Assembly (NCBI RefSeq): GCF_011045215.1
Contig: NZ_CP049201.1
DNA: 64,000 bases
Reading direction: 5' to 3' (one strand)
Source: Escherichia coli
Lineage (GTDB): Bacteria > Pseudomonadota > Gammaproteobacteria > Enterobacterales > Enterobacteriaceae
In this document: piece by piece, positions 12,834-25,226 of the stretch
Position numbering within the stretch: the stretch's first letter is position 1
How the letters are laid out: each line of letters starts with the position of its first letter
Position numbers and translations under genes: made by a program
Notes under the pieces: generated by a model
What the model was told of the DNA's origin: nothing
The model's database searches: none
Seen by the model: only the letters and a program-made list of their open reading frames with translations

Positions 12834-15316
12834 AACTCAGTCGTCGTAGCTTTATGAAAGCTAACGCCGTTGCGGCCGCTGCGGCGGCTGCCGGTCTCAG
12901 CGTGCCGGGCGTTGCCCGCGCCGTTGTTGGTCAGCAGGAAGCCATTAAATGGGATAAAGCGCCGTGCCGTTTCTGCGGTACTGGTTGCGGCGTTCTGGTC
13001 GGAACGCAGCAGGGGCGTGTGGTGGCCTGTCAGGGCGACCCGGACGCACCGGTTAACCGTGGCCTGAACTGCATTAAGGGCTATTTCCTGCCCAAGATCA
13101 TGTACGGTAAAGACCGTTTGACGCAGCCGCTGCTGCGTATGAAAAACGGTAAATATGACAAAGAAGGCGAATTTACCCCAATCACCTGGGATCAAGCCTT
13201 TGATGTGATGGAAGAGAAATTCAAAACCGCCCTGAAAGAAAAAGGGCCGGAATCGATCGGTATGTTCGGTTCTGGTCAGTGGACTATCTGGGAAGGTTAT
13301 GCCGCGTCCAAGCTGTTTAAAGCGGGCTTCCGTTCGAACAACATCGACCCGAACGCGCGTCACTGTATGGCGTCGGCAGTAGTTGGCTTTATGCGTACCT
13401 TTGGTATGGATGAGCCGATGGGCTGCTATGACGACATCGAGCAGGCTGACGCGTTTGTGCTGTGGGGCGCAAACATGGCGGAGATGCACCCGATCCTCTG
13501 GTCACGCATCACTAACCGTCGTCTCTCTAACCAGGACGTCACCGTGGCGGTGCTTTCAACCTACCAGCATCGTAGCTTCGAGCTGGCGGATAACGGCATC
13601 ATCTTTACGCCGCAATCTGACCTGGTGATCCTGAACTACATCGCCAACTATATCATTCAAAACAATGCGATAAATCAGGACTTCTTTAGCAAACACGTTA
13701 ACCTGCGCAAAGGGGCGACGGACATCGGCTACGGTTTACGTCCGACCCATCCGCTGGAAAAAGCAGCGAAGAATCCGGGTTCTGACGCCTCCGAACCGAT
13801 GAGCTTTGAAGATTACAAAGCCTTCGTTGCCGAGTATACGCTGGAAAAAACCGCCGAAATGACTGGCGTACCAAAAGATCAGCTGGAACAACTGGCGCAG
13901 CTGTATGCCGATCCGAACAAGAAAGTCATCTCCTACTGGACGATGGGCTTCAACCAGCATACTCGTGGCGTGTGGGCCAACAACCTGGTCTACAACCTGC
14001 ACCTGCTGACCGGCAAAATTTCCCAGCCGGGTTGCGGTCCGTTCTCCCTGACCGGGCAGCCTTCCGCGTGTGGTACTGCGCGTGAAGTGGGCACCTTTGC
14101 TCACCGTCTGCCTGCGGACATGGTGGTGACTAACGAGAAACATCGTGATATCTGCGAGAAGAAGTGGAATATCCCGAGCGGCACCATTCCGGCGAAAATC
14201 GGTCTGCATGCGGTAGCACAAGACCGTGCGCTGAAAGACGGCAAGCTGAATGTTTACTGGACCATGTGTACCAACAACATGCAGGCCGGGCCGAACATTA
14301 ATGAAGAGCGTATGCCGGGCTGGCGCGATCCGCGCAACTTCATCATCGTCTCCGATCCGTATCCGACAGTCAGTGCGCTGGCCGCCGACTTGATCCTGCC
14401 GACCGCAATGTGGGTAGAAAAAGAGGGCGCTTACGGTAACGCCGAACGCCGTACTCAGTTCTGGCGTCAGCAGGTACAGGCACCGGGCGAAGCGAAATCG
14501 GATCTCTGGCAGTTAGTCCAGTTCTCCCGCCGCTTCAAAACTGAAGAAGTATGGCCGGAAGAGCTGCTGGCGAAGAAACCGGAACTGCGTGGCAAAACGC
14601 TGTACGAAGTTCTGTATGCCACCCCCGAAGTGAGCAAATTCCCGGTATCCGAACTGGCGGAAGATCAGCTGAACGATGAATCCCGCGAGCTGGGCTTCTA
14701 TCTGCAAAAAGGGCTGTTCGAAGAGTACGCATGGTTTGGTCGCGGTCACGGTCACGATCTGGCACCGTTCGATGACTACCACAAAGCGCGCGGTCTGCGC
14801 TGGCCGGTGGTGAACGGTAAAGAAACGCAGTGGCGTTACAGCGAAGGTAACGACCCGTACGTGAAAGCGGGCGAAGGCTATAAGTTCTACGGTAAACCGG
14901 ATGGTAAAGCGGTGATCTTCGCGCTGCCGTTCGAACCGGCGGCGGAAGCACCGGATGAAGAGTACGACCTGTGGCTCTCTACCGGACGCGTCCTGGAGCA
15001 CTGGCACACCGGCAGTATGACTCGCCGTGTGCCGGAACTGCACCGCGCCTTCCCGGAAGCGGTCTTGTTTATTCACCCGCTGGATGCGAAAGCGCGCGAT
15101 CTGCGCCGTGGCGACAAAGTGAAAGTGGTTTCTCGCCGTGGCGAAGTGATCTCGATTGTTGAAACGCGCGGTCGTAACCGTCCGCCACAGGGCCTGGTGT
15201 ACATGCCGTTCTTCGACGCCGCACAGCTGGTTAACAAACTGACGCTGGACGCGACCGATCCGCTCTCGAAAGAGACGGACTTCAAGAAGTGCGCGGTCAA
15301 ACTGGAGAAGGTGTAA
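12830..15316 (+). CDS. napA: periplasmic nitrate reductase catalytic subunit NapA
   Basis: 828-aa ORF with Tat signal (SRRSFMK), N-terminal Cys cluster (CRFCGTGCG) and molybdopterin oxidoreductase sequence. Confidence 0.97.
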   Translation: MKLSRRSFMKANAVAAAAAAAGLSVPGVARAVVGQQEAIKWDKAPCRFCGTGCGVLVGTQQGRVVACQGDPDAPVNRGLNCIKGYFLPKIMYGKDRLTQPLLRMKNGKYDKEGEFTPITWDQAFDVMEEKFKTALKEKGPESIGMFGSGQWTIWEGYAASKLFKAGFRSNNIDPNARHCMASAVVGFMRTFGMDEPMGCYDDIEQADAFVLWGANMAEMHPILWSRITNRRLSNQDVTVAVLSTYQHRSFELADNGIIFTPQSDLVILNYIANYIIQNNAINQDFFSKHVNLRKGATDIGYGLRPTHPLEKAAKNPGSDASEPMSFEDYKAFVAEYTLEKTAEMTGVPKDQLEQLAQLYADPNKKVISYWTMGFNQHTRGVWANNLVYNLHLLTGKISQPGCGPFSLTGQPSACGTAREVGTFAHRLPADMVVTNEKHRDICEKKWNIPSGTIPAKIGLHAVAQDRALKDGKLNVYWTMCTNNMQAGPNINEERMPGWRDPRNFIIVSDPYPTVSALAADLILPTAMWVEKEGAYGNAERRTQFWRQQVQAPGEAKSDLWQLVQFSRRFKTEEVWPEELLAKKPELRGKTLYEVLYATPEVSKFPVSELAEDQLNDESRELGFYLQKGLFEEYAWFGRGHGHDLAPFDDYHKARGLRWPVVNGKETQWRYSEGNDPYVKAGEGYKFYGKPDGKAVIFALPFEPAAEAPDEEYDLWLSTGRVLEHWHTGSMTRRVPELHRAFPEAVLFIHPLDAKARDLRRGDKVKVVSRRGEVISIVETRGRNRPPQGLVYMPFFDAAQLVNKLTLDATDPLSKETDFKKCAVKLEKV

Positions 15317-15322
15317 GCCATT

Positions 15323-16018
15323 ATGTCCCGGTCAGCGAAACCTCAAAATGGTCGCCGCCGCTTTCTGCGCGATGTCGTTCGCACAGCAGGCGGGCTGGCT
15401 GCCGTGGGTGTGGCGCTGGGGTTACAACAGCAAACCGCACGCGCATCTGGCGTGCGGTTGCGCCCGCCCGGAGCCATAAACGAGAACGCCTTTGCCAGTG
15501 CCTGTGTGCGTTGCGGTCAGTGTGTTCAGGCTTGCCCTTACGACACCTTAAAACTGGCGACGCTGGCCTCTGGTCTGTCGGCAGGCACGCCATATTTTGT
15601 CGCACGGGATATTCCTTGCGAAATGTGTGAGGACATTCCGTGCGCCAAAGTGTGCCCGAGCGGTGCGCTGGATCGTGAGATCGAATCGATCGACGACGCG
15701 CGGATGGGGCTGGCGGTGCTGGTGGACCAGGAAAACTGTCTCAACTTTCAGGGGCTGCGCTGCGATGTTTGTTATCGCGAATGCCCGAAAATTGATGAGG
15801 CCATCACCCTGGAGCTGGAGCGCAACACGCGTACCGGTAAGCACGCCCGCTTTCTGCCGACGGTTCACAGCGACGCCTGTACCGGTTGCGGTAAGTGCGA
15901 AAAAGTATGCGTGCTGGAACAACCGGCAATCAAGGTGTTACCGCTGTCACTGGCGAAAGGGGAGTTAGGTCACCATTACCGCTTCGGCTGGCTGGAGGGG
16001 AACAATGGCAAATCGTAA
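15323..16018 (+). CDS. napG: ferredoxin-type protein NapG
   Basis: 231-aa ORF with Tat-like signal and 4Fe-4S Cys clusters. Confidence 0.93.
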
Positions 16019-16868
16019 ACGTGACGCCGGGCGCGAGGCGCTGGAGAAAAAAGGCTGGTGGCGCAGTCACCGTTGGCTGGTGTTACGTCGCCTTTGTCAG
16101 TTCTTCGTGCTGGGGATGTTTTTGAGCGGTCCGTGGTTTGGTGTGTGGATCTTGCACGGCAACTACAGCAGTAGCCTGTTATTCGACACCGTTCCGCTGA
16201 CCGATCCGCTGATGACGCTGCAAAGTCTTGCCAGTGGTCATCTGCCTGCCACGGTGGCGTTGACCGGTGCGGTGATTATCACCGTGCTCTACGCCCTGGC
16301 AGGAAAGCGATTATTTTGCAGCTGGGTCTGCCCGCTGAACCCGATTACCGACTTAGCGAACTGGTTACGCAGGCGCTTTGACCTCAATCAGTCTGCGACG
16401 ATCCCTCGCCACATTCGCTACGTGCTGTTGGTGGTCATTCTGGTGGGATCAGCCTTAACTGGCACGCTCATCTGGGAATGGATCAACCCCGTTTCCCTGA
16501 TGGGGCGTAGCCTGGTAATGGGCTTCGGCAGCGGCGCGCTGCTTATTCTCGCGCTGTTTTTATTTGATCTACTGGTCGTTGAACACGGCTGGTGCGGGCA
16601 CATTTGTCCGGTTGGCGCGCTGTATGGCGTGCTGGGTAGCAAAGGTGTGATTACCGTTGCGGCCAGCGATCGGCAGAAATGTAACCGCTGTATGGATTGT
16701 TTTCATGTTTGCCCGGAACCGCATGTGCTACGTGCCCCGGTGCTGGATGAACAAAGCCCGGTGCAGGTCACCAGCCGCGATTGCATGACGTGCGGTCGCT
16801 GCGTGGATGTCTGTTCTGAGGATGTATTTACAATAACTACACGATGGAGTTCGGGAGCGAAATCATGA
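16005..16868 (+). CDS. napH: membrane ferredoxin-type protein NapH
   Basis: 287-aa ORF with TM segments and C-terminal Cys clusters. Confidence 0.93.
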
Positions 16869-17314
16869 AAAGCCATGACCTGAAGAAAGCGCTGTGTCAA
16901 TGGACGGCGATGCTGGCCCTGGTGGTAAGCGGCGCGGTTTGGGCGGCTAATGGCGTCGATTTTAGCCAGTCGCCGGAAGTATCCGGGACGCAGGAAGGGG
17001 CCATTCGGATGCCAAAAGAGCAGGATCGGATGCCGCTGAACTATGTGAATCAGCCGCCAATGATCCCGCATAGCGTTGAAGGTTATCAGGTAACGACCAA
17101 TACCAACCGCTGCTTGCAGTGCCACGGTGTCGAAAGCTATCGCACCACTGGCGCGCCGCGTATCAGTCCTACTCACTTTATGGACAGCGACGGCAAAGTG
17201 GGCGCGGAAGTGGCTCCGCGTCGTTATTTCTGTCTGCAATGTCACGTACCGCAGGCCGATACCGCGCCAATCGTGGGGAATACCTTTACCCCATCAAAAG
17301 GTTACGGGAAATAA
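16865..17314 (+). CDS. napB: periplasmic nitrate reductase dihaem cytochrome c subunit NapB
   Basis: 149-aa ORF from the ATG at 16865 (ATGA overlap with napH); two CxxCH haem motifs (CLQCH). Confidence 0.93.
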   Translation: MKSHDLKKALCQWTAMLALVVSGAVWAANGVDFSQSPEVSGTQEGAIRMPKEQDRMPLNYVNQPPMIPHSVEGYQVTTNTNRCLQCHGVESYRTTGAPRISPTHFMDSDGKVGAEVAPRRYFCLQCHVPQADTAPIVGNTFTPSKGYGK

Positions 17315-17323
17315 GAGGTTATT

Positions 17324-17926
17324 ATGGGAAATTCTGACCGTAAGCCTGGTCTGATTAAGCGCCTGTGGAAATGGTGGCGTACCCCCAGCCGTCTGGCGCT
17401 GGGGACGCTGCTGTTGATCGGTTTTGTCGGCGGCATCGTCTTCTGGGGCGGCTTTAACACTGGGATGGAAAAAGCCAATACCGAAGAGTTCTGCATTAGC
17501 TGCCACGAAATGCGTAACACGGTGTATCAGGAATACATGGATTCCGTGCACTACAACAACCGTAGCGGCGTCCGTGCGACCTGTCCGGATTGTCACGTTC
17601 CGCACGAGTTTGTGCCGAAGATGATACGCAAGCTCAAAGCAAGTAAAGAGCTGTATGGTAAAATTTTTGGCGTTATTGACACGCCGCAGAAATTTGAAGC
17701 TCATCGTCTGACGATGGCACAGAATGAGTGGCGGCGCATGAAGGACAATAACTCGCAGGAGTGCCGTAACTGTCACAACTTCGAGTATATGGATACAACC
17801 GCCCAGAAATCGGTTGCCGCGAAGATGCATGACCAGGCGGTGAAAGATGGGCAAACCTGTATTGATTGCCATAAAGGGATAGCGCACAAGCTGCCCGATA
17901 TGCGTGAAGTCGAGCCAGGTTTTTAA
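17324..17926 (+). CDS. napC: membrane tetrahaem cytochrome c NapC
   Basis: 200-aa ORF with four CxxCH motifs, NapC/NirT family. Confidence 0.95.
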   Translation: MGNSDRKPGLIKRLWKWWRTPSRLALGTLLLIGFVGGIVFWGGFNTGMEKANTEEFCISCHEMRNTVYQEYMDSVHYNNRSGVRATCPDCHVPHEFVPKMIRKLKASKELYGKIFGVIDTPQKFEAHRLTMAQNEWRRMKDNNSQECRNCHNFEYMDTTAQKSVAAKMHDQAVKDGQTCIDCHKGIAHKLPDMREVEPGF

Positions 17927-17938
17927 CAGGGTTATTGC

Positions 17939-18562
17939 GTGGGTATGCTTGAAGCCAGAGAGTTACTTTGTGAGCGGGATGAACGAACCTTATTTAGTGG
18001 CTTGTCATTTACGCTGAACGCAGGAGAGTGGGTACAAATCACCGGTAGCAACGGCGCGGGGAAGACAACGCTTCTCCGTTTGCTGACGGGGTTGTCTCGC
18101 CCTGACGCAGGCGAGGTTCTCTGGCAAGGGCAGCCCTTGCATCAGGTACGCGACAGCTACCATCAAAACCTGTTATGGATAGGCCATCAGCCGGGGATCA
18201 AAACCCGGCTGACGGCGTTAGAAAATCTGCACTTTTATCATCGCGATGGCGATACCGCACAATGTCTGGAAGCCCTGGCGCAGGCCGGGCTTGCCGGATT
18301 CGAAGATATTCCGGTAAATCAACTTTCTGCCGGGCAACAACGCCGCGTCGCTTTAGCGCGTCTGTGGCTGACCCGTGCCACGTTATGGATCCTCGACGAG
18401 CCTTTTACCGCGATTGACGTCAACGGCGTCGATCGTCTGACCCAGCGTATGGCGCAGCATACGGAGCAGGGGGGGATTGTGATTCTGACTACCCACCAGC
18501 CGCTCAACGTTGCTGAAAGTAAAATTCGCCGCATTTCACTGACGCAAACGAGGGCCGCATGA
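17939..18562 (+). CDS. ccmA: haem exporter ATP-binding protein CcmA
   Basis: 207-aa ORF (GTG start), Walker [13 protein letters not shown] signature LSAGQQRR. Confidence 0.93.
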   Translation: MGMLEARELLCERDERTLFSGLSFTLNAGEWVQITGSNGAGKTTLLRLLTGLSRPDAGEVLWQGQPLHQVRDSYHQNLLWIGHQPGIKTRLTALENLHFYHRDGDTAQCLEALAQAGLAGFEDIPVNQLSAGQQRRVALARLWLTRATLWILDEPFTAIDVNGVDRLTQRMAQHTEQGGIVILTTHQPLNVAESKIRRISLTQTRAA

Positions 18563-19221
18563 TGTTCTGGCGCATTTTCCGTCTTGAGCTGCGCGTAGCG
18601 TTTCGCCATAGCGCCGAAATCGCCAACCCGCTGTGGTTCTTCCTGATTGTAATTACCCTTTTTCCGCTCAGTATCGGTCCGGAGCCGCAACTGCTGGCGC
18701 GTATTGCACCGGGCATTATCTGGGTTGCTGCGCTGCTTTCATCCTTGCTGGCGCTGGAACGACTGTTCCGTGACGATTTGCAGGACGGCAGTCTTGAACA
18801 ATTGATGTTGTTGCCGTTACCCTTGCCCGCCGTTGTGCTGGCGAAGGTGATGGCGCACTGGATGGTAACCGGTCTGCCGTTACTCATCCTTTCGCCCCTG
18901 GTAGCAATGCTACTGGGAATGGATGTTTATGGCTGGCAAGTGATGGCGTTAACGCTACTGCTGGGAACCCCTACGCTTGGCTTTCTTGGTGCGCCGGGCG
19001 TGGCGCTGACAGTGGGACTTAAGCGCGGTGGTGTGCTGCTCAGCATACTGGTGTTACCGCTGACTATCCCATTACTCATCTTTGCCACCGCCGCGATGGA
19101 CGCGGCTTCTATGCATTTGCCCGTTGACGGGTATCTGGCAATTTTAGGCGCGTTGCTGGCAGGCACCGCGACATTAAGTCCTTTTGCGACGGCGGCAGCG
19201 TTACGAATCAGCATTCAATAA
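18559..19221 (+). CDS. ccmB: haem exporter membrane protein CcmB
   Basis: 220-aa hydrophobic ORF, translationally coupled to ccmA. Confidence 0.93.
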
Positions 19222-19262
19222 CGCTGGATTACTGATTTTTGTTCGAGTCTGGTATCGAAACT

Positions 19263-20000
19263 ATGTGGAAAACACTGCATCAACTGGCGATCCCACCACG
19301 GCTGTATCAAATCTGTGGCTGGTTTATACCGTGGCTGGCAATTGCCAGTGTGGTCGTGCTTACCGTCGGCTGGATCTGGGGATTCGGCTTTGCTCCGGCT
19401 GATTATCAGCAGGGAAATAGCTACCGCATTATCTACCTGCATGTGCCTGCGGCGATCTGGTCGATGGGCATTTATGCATCAATGGCAGTGGCAGCGTTTA
19501 TTGGCCTTGTCTGGCAGATGAAAATGGCCAACCTGGCGGTGGCGGCGATGGCCCCCATTGGTGCCGTGTTTACCTTTATTGCCCTGGTTACCGGCTCTGC
19601 ATGGGGAAAACCGATGTGGGGCACCTGGTGGGTATGGGATGCACGTCTGACTTCTGAACTGGTGCTGCTGTTTTTGTATGTGGGTGTGATTGCCCTGTGG
19701 CACGCCTTCGATGACCGCCGTCTGGCGGGCCGTGCGGCAGGTATCCTGGTGCTGATTGGCGTGGTGAATCTGCCGATTATTCATTACTCCGTGGAGTGGT
19801 GGAACACCCTGCATCAGGGATCAACGCGGATGCAGCAAAGTATCGATCCAGCGATGCGTTCGCCGCTGCGCTGGTCGATTTTTGGCTTCCTGCTCCTGTC
19901 TGCCACGCTGACGCTGATGCGGATGCGTAATTTGATTTTGCTGATGGAAAAACGCCGTCCGTGGGTGAGTGAACTGATACTGAAAAGAGGCCGTAAATGA
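19263..20000 (+). CDS. ccmC: haem exporter/haem lyase component CcmC
   Basis: Begins MWKTLHQLAIPPRLYQ… at the ATG at 19263 (track ORF starts 8 codons upstream); WGxxWxWD tryptophan-rich motif. Confidence 0.93.
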   Translation: MWKTLHQLAIPPRLYQICGWFIPWLAIASVVVLTVGWIWGFGFAPADYQQGNSYRIIYLHVPAAIWSMGIYASMAVAAFIGLVWQMKMANLAVAAMAPIGAVFTFIALVTGSAWGKPMWGTWWVWDARLTSELVLLFLYVGVIALWHAFDDRRLAGRAAGILVLIGVVNLPIIHYSVEWWNTLHQGSTRMQQSIDPAMRSPLRWSIFGFLLLSATLTLMRMRNLILLMEKRRPWVSELILKRGRK

Positions 20001-20206
20001 CCCCTGCATTTGCTTCCTGGAATGAATTTTTCGCAATGGGCGGTTACGCCTTTTTTGTCTGGCTGGCGGTGGTGATGACCGTTATTCCGCTGGTGGTTTT
20101 GGTCGTGCACTCGGTGATGCAACATCGCGCAATTCTGCGTGGCGTGGCGCAACAGCGGGCGCGTGAGGCGCGTTTACGTGCTGCGCAACAGCAGGAGGCT
20201 GCATGA
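19997..20206 (+). CDS. ccmD: CcmD
   Basis: 69-aa single-TM ORF overlapping ccmC and ccmE. Confidence 0.9.
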
Positions 20207-20682
20207 ATATTCGCCGTAAAAACCGCTTGTGGATTGCCTGTGCCGTGTTGGCAGGGCTGGCGCTGACTATCGGTCTGGTGCTATATGCGCTGCGCTCGAA
20301 TATCGATCTCTTTTATACGCCGGGGGAAATTCTCTACGGCAAGCGTGAAACTCAGCAAATGCCGGAAGTCGGTCAGCGTCTGCGCGTTGGCGGGATGGTG
20401 ATGCCGGGTAGTGTGCAGCGCGATCCCAATTCGCTGAAAGTGACCTTCACCATTTACGACGCTGAAGGCTCAGTGGATGTCTCTTACGAAGGCATTTTGC
20501 CGGATCTGTTCCGTGAAGGGCAGGGCGTTGTGGTGCAGGGCGAGCTGGAAAAAGGCAATCATATCCTCGCGAAAGAAGTGCTGGCGAAACACGACGAAAA
20601 CTACACGCCGCCAGAAGTTGAGAAAGCGATGGAAGCTAACCACCGTCGCCCGGCGAGTGTTTATAAGGACCCAGCATCATGA
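20203..20682 (+). CDS. ccmE: haem chaperone CcmE
   Basis: 159-aa ORF with membrane anchor and conserved haem-binding region. Confidence 0.93.
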
Positions 20683-22622
20683 TGCCGGAAATTGGAAACG
20701 GGCTGCTGTGCCTGGCGTTAGGGATTGCGCTGCTGCTGTCCGTGTATCCGCTATGGGGCGTGGCGCGCGGAGATGCGCGCATGATGGCGTCTTCCCGCTT
20801 GTTTGCCTGGCTGCTGTTTATGTCTGTGGCTGGCGCATTTCTGGTGCTGGTCAATGCTTTCGTGGTCAACGACTTTACCGTCACCTATGTTGCCAGCAAC
20901 TCCAATACCCAGCTTCCGGTGTGGTATCGCGTGGCGGCTACCTGGGGCGCACATGAAGGCTCACTGCTGCTGTGGGTGCTGCTGATGAGCGGCTGGACCT
21001 TTGCGGTGGCGATTTTTAGTCAGCGTATTCCGCTGGATATTGTGGCCCGCGTACTGGCGATAATGGGGATGGTCAGCGTCGGCTTTTTGCTGTTCATTCT
21101 CTTTACCTCTAACCCATTCTCACGCACGCTGCCGAACTTCCCGATTGAAGGGCGCGATCTTAACCCGCTGTTACAGGATCCGGGGCTGATCTTCCATCCG
21201 CCTCTGCTCTATATGGGGTACGTGGGTTTCTCGGTGGCGTTTGCTTTTGCCATTGCTTCTTTGCTGAGCGGGCGTCTGGACAGCACTTATGCGCGTTTTA
21301 CTCGTCCGTGGACACTGGCAGCGTGGATCTTCCTGACGCTCGGCATCGTGCTCGGTTCCGCATGGGCCTATTACGAACTCGGCTGGGGTGGCTGGTGGTT
21401 CTGGGATCCGGTAGAAAACGCCTCGTTTATGCCGTGGCTGGTGGGGACTGCGCTGATGCACTCACTGGCGGTCACTGAACAACGCGCCAGCTTCAAAGCG
21501 TGGACATTACTGCTGGCAATCAGTGCCTTCTCGTTGTGTCTGTTGGGGACTTTCCTCGTGCGTTCCGGCGTGCTGGTATCGGTACACGCGTTTGCGTCTG
21601 ATCCGGCGCGCGGTATGTTTATCCTCGCCTTTATGGTGCTGGTGATTGGCGGTTCGCTGCTGCTGTTTGCCGCGCGTGGACACAAAGTTCGCTCACGCGT
21701 AAACAATGCGCTGTGGTCGCGGGAATCTTTGCTGTTAGCGAACAACGTTTTGCTGGTCGCCGCGATGCTGGTGGTGTTGCTGGGGACGCTGCTGCCGCTG
21801 GTGCACAAGCAACTGGGACTGGGCAGTATTTCGATTGGCGAACCGTTCTTCAACACCATGTTTACGTGGCTGATGGTGCCGTTTGCGCTACTGCTTGGTG
21901 TCGGTCCTCTGGTGCGCTGGGGGCGCGATCGCCCACGTAAGATCCGCAATTTATTGATTTTCGCCTTTATCTCTACGCTGGTGCTGTCTCTGCTGTTGCC
22001 GTGGCTGTTCGAAAGCAAAGTGGTGGCGATGACGGTGCTCGGCCTGGCAATGGCCTGCTGGATTGCGGTGCTGGCAATTGCGGAAGCTGCGCTACGTATT
22101 TCACGCGGCACGAAAACCACCTTCAGTTATTGGGGGATGGTGGCGGCTCACCTGGGGCTGGCAGTGACAATTGTTGGCATTGCCTTTAGCCAGAATTATA
22201 GCGTTGAGCGTGATGTGCGCATGAAGTCCGGCGATAGCGTCGATATTCATGAATATCGCTTCACCTTCCGTGACGTCAAAGAGGTGACTGGCCCGAACTG
22301 GCGCGGCGGTGTGGCGACTATCGGCGTAACGCGAGAGGGTAAACCGGAAACGGTGCTGTATGCGGAAAAACGTTATTACAACACTGCCGGGTCGATGATG
22401 ACCGAAGCGGCAATTGACGGCGGCATCACGCGTGACCTGTACGCCGCGCTCGGTGAAGAGCTGGAAAACGGCGCGTGGGCTGTGCGTCTTTACTACAAAC
22501 CATTTGTTCGCTGGATTTGGGCGGGCGGGCTGATGATGGCGTTGGGCGGACTGCTGTGTCTGTTTGATCCTCGCTATCGTAAGCGCGTGAGCCCGCAAAA
22601 AACTGCGCCGGAGGCTGTATGA
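20679..22622 (+). CDS. ccmF: cytochrome c haem lyase subunit CcmF
   Basis: 647-aa polytopic membrane ORF with WGGWWFWD motif. Confidence 0.95.
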
Positions 22623-23176
22623 AGCGCAAAGTATTGTTAATTCCGTTGATTATCTTCCTGGCGATTGCCGCGGCGCTGCTGTGGCAGCTGGCGCGTAATG
22701 CCGAAGGGGATGATCCGACCAATCTGGAATCGGCGCTCATTGGCAAGCCGGTGCCGAAGTTTCGCCTCGAATCACTGGACAATCCGGGGCAGTTTTATCA
22801 GGCGGATGTGCTGACTCAGGGCAAACCGGTGCTGCTTAACGTCTGGGCGACCTGGTGTCCGACCTGCCGTGCGGAACATCAATATCTGAATCAGCTTTCT
22901 GCGCAGGGTATCCGCGTGGTTGGCATGAACTATAAAGACGATCGCCAGAAGGCAATCAGCTGGCTGAAAGAGCTGGGCAATCCTTACGCGCTAAGCCTGT
23001 TTGATGGCGACGGCATGTTAGGGCTGGATCTCGGTGTCTATGGCGCGCCGGAAACGTTCCTTATTGACGGCAACGGCATCATTCGCTATCGCCATGCGGG
23101 CGATCTGAATCCTCGCGTCTGGGAAGAAGAGATCAAGCCGCTGTGGGAGAAATACAGTAAGGAGGCCGCGCAATGA
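22619..23176 (+). CDS. ccmG: thiol:disulfide interchange protein CcmG/DsbE
   Basis: 185-aa ORF with thioredoxin motif WCPTC. Confidence 0.95.
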   Translation: MKRKVLLIPLIIFLAIAAALLWQLARNAEGDDPTNLESALIGKPVPKFRLESLDNPGQFYQADVLTQGKPVLLNVWATWCPTCRAEHQYLNQLSAQGIRVVGMNYKDDRQKAISWLKELGNPYALSLFDGDGMLGLDLGVYGAPETFLIDGNGIIRYRHAGDLNPRVWEEEIKPLWEKYSKEAAQ

Positions 23177-24225
23177 GGTTTTTATTGGGCGTGCTGATGC
23201 TGATGATCTCCGGCTCAGCGCTGGCGACCATCGATGTGTTGCAGTTTAAAGATGAAGCACAGGAACAACAGTTCCGTCAGCTCACTGAAGAACTGCGTTG
23301 CCCGAAATGCCAGAACAACAGCATTGCCGATTCCAACTCGATGATTGCCACCGACCTGCGCCAGAAAGTGTATGAACTGATGCAGGAAGGTAAAAGTAAA
23401 AAAGAGATTGTCGATTATATGGTGGCGCGTTACGGCAACTTCGTCACTTACGATCCGCCGTTAACGCCGCTGACCGTGCTGCTGTGGGTGCTTCCGGTAG
23501 TGGCTATTGGCATTGGCGGTTGGGTCATATACGCCCGCTCGCGGCGTCGGGTACGCGTGGTACCGGAAGCGTTTCCTGAACAAAGCGTGCCGGAAGGTAA
23601 GCGTGCCGGATATGTTGTTTATCTGCCGGGTATTTTGGTGGCGTTAATTGTAGCTGGCGTCAGCTACTACCAGACTGGCAATTATCAGCAGGTGAAAATC
23701 TGGCAGCAGGCCACGGCACAGGCTCCGGTGTTACTGGACAGGGCGCTGGATCCGAAAGCCGATCCGCTCAACGAAGAAGAGATGTCGCGCCTTGCGCTGG
23801 GGATGCGTACTCAACTGCAAAAAAATCCGGGAGATATAGAAGGTTGGATTATGTTGGGCCGCGTTGGCATGGCGCTGGGTAACGCCAGTATCGCCACCGA
23901 TGCATACGCTACTGCGTATCGCCTCGATCCGAAAAACAGCGATGCCGCACTGGGTTATGCTGAAGCGTTGACACGTTCATCTGATCCCAACGACAACCGC
24001 CTCGGCGGCGAACTGCTGCGCCAGTTGGTGAGAACGGACCATAGCAATATTCGTGTGTTAAGCATGTATGCGTTTAATGCCTTTGAGCAGCAGCGATTTG
24101 GCGAAGCCGTTGCCGCGTGGGAGATGATGTTGAAACTCTTACCTGCCAACGATACTCGCCGTGCGGTGATTGAACGTAGTATCGCGCAGGCGATGCAACA
24201 TTTGTCGCCGCAGGAGAGTAAATAA
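23173..24225 (+). CDS. ccmH: cytochrome c maturation protein CcmH (fused CcmH/CcmI type)
   Basis: 350-aa ORF with LRCPKC motif and C-terminal TPR-like region. Confidence 0.93.
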   Translation: MRFLLGVLMLMISGSALATIDVLQFKDEAQEQQFRQLTEELRCPKCQNNSIADSNSMIATDLRQKVYELMQEGKSKKEIVDYMVARYGNFVTYDPPLTPLTVLLWVLPVVAIGIGGWVIYARSRRRVRVVPEAFPEQSVPEGKRAGYVVYLPGILVALIVAGVSYYQTGNYQQVKIWQQATAQAPVLLDRALDPKADPLNEEEMSRLALGMRTQLQKNPGDIEGWIMLGRVGMALGNASIATDAYATAYRLDPKNSDAALGYAEALTRSSDPNDNRLGGELLRQLVRTDHSNIRVLSMYAFNAFEQQRFGEAVAAWEMMLKLLPANDTRRAVIERSIAQAMQHLSPQESK

Positions 24226-24262
24226 AAAGAGGCCCGATGGTGATGCCATCGGGCTATTTTTA
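24226..24262. terminator. bidirectional intrinsic terminator between ccmH and narP
   Basis: AAAAAGA-GGCCCGATGG-tgatg-CCATCGGGC-TATTTTTATT. Confidence 0.8.
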
Positions 24263-24907
24263 TTGTGCCCCGCGTTGTTGCAGGAACAGAATGGTGGCTG
24301 CCACGCGTGAGCGGACATTGAGTTTGCGCAGCAGATTGCGAATATGTACTTTTACTGTCTGCTCGGAAATATTCAACACCGAGGCAATCTGTTTATTTGA
24401 CAGCCCCTGTGCCAGCTCGTGCAGAACATCCAGCTCGCGCTCCGTCAGCACGCTGAAGGGATCTTCTTCCGCGCCAAACATTTCACGTTCATGTAAGTAC
24501 TGATTGACGCGTTCGCTAAAGACTTTGCTGCCTTTCGCTCCGGCACGAATCGCTTCCAGCAACACTTCCGGGTCGCTGTCTTTCAACAGATAACCGTCTG
24601 CGCCTGCGTCTATCAGCGCAAAGACATCGCTGGAGGCATCTGATACGGTCAGGATAATAATTTGCGCGGTAACGCCATCCCTGCGCAAGGCATTGAGGGT
24701 ATCCAGGCCACTCATACCTTTCATATTGAGATCCAGCAAGATCACGTCGATATCCAGTCTATTAGCCAGATCGATAGCACTCGCGCCGTCGCCTGCTTCG
24801 GCGACCACTTCAAAGCCAGGATCAAGCTCCAGTAACTGACGAACACCGCGTCGCATAAGTGGATGATCATCCACAATCATCACCTGAAAAGGCGTTGCTT
24901 CAGGCAT
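24260..24907 (-). CDS. narP: nitrate/nitrite response regulator NarP
   Basis: Begins MPEATPFQVMIVDDHPLMRRG… at the ATG at 24905-24907; receiver domain plus LuxR-type HTH. Confidence 0.95.
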   Translation of the reverse strand: MPEATPFQVMIVDDHPLMRRGVRQLLELDPGFEVVAEAGDGASAIDLANRLDIDVILLDLNMKGMSGLDTLNALRRDGVTAQIIILTVSDASSDVFALIDAGADGYLLKDSDPEVLLEAIRAGAKGSKVFSERVNQYLHEREMFGAEEDPFSVLTERELDVLHELAQGLSNKQIASVLNISEQTVKVHIRNLLRKLNVRSRVAATILFLQQRGAQ

Positions 24908-25226
24908 AGTAGTCTCCTGAGGTTTTATTAGAATCATTATGTTTGAGCGTAGCGTTGGTATCGCTACCAGGCGCGTGAATGTTACCCCATTTTATGTATG
25001 GACATGTAGTGAAAACTACAACCTTGTCGTTCGCTTTGGCATCATTTTCATTATAAAGACGGAATTTTGCATCAGCTTCTCATCAAGAAAAACAACTAAA
25101 AAATCAATCACAATACTTGTGCATTTCTTTAAACAGTTTTTAAAAACTGACTCCGGGTATGGAGCTATGGGTATTTTCTGTACCCAATGCTTTTAACTGC
25201 AATTAATTTCATAGGATGAAAGCTCA

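Noticed and set aside
12797-13489. 230-aa minus-strand ORF within napA
   Set aside because: Antisense to the strongly supported napA gene; no start context or domain signature.
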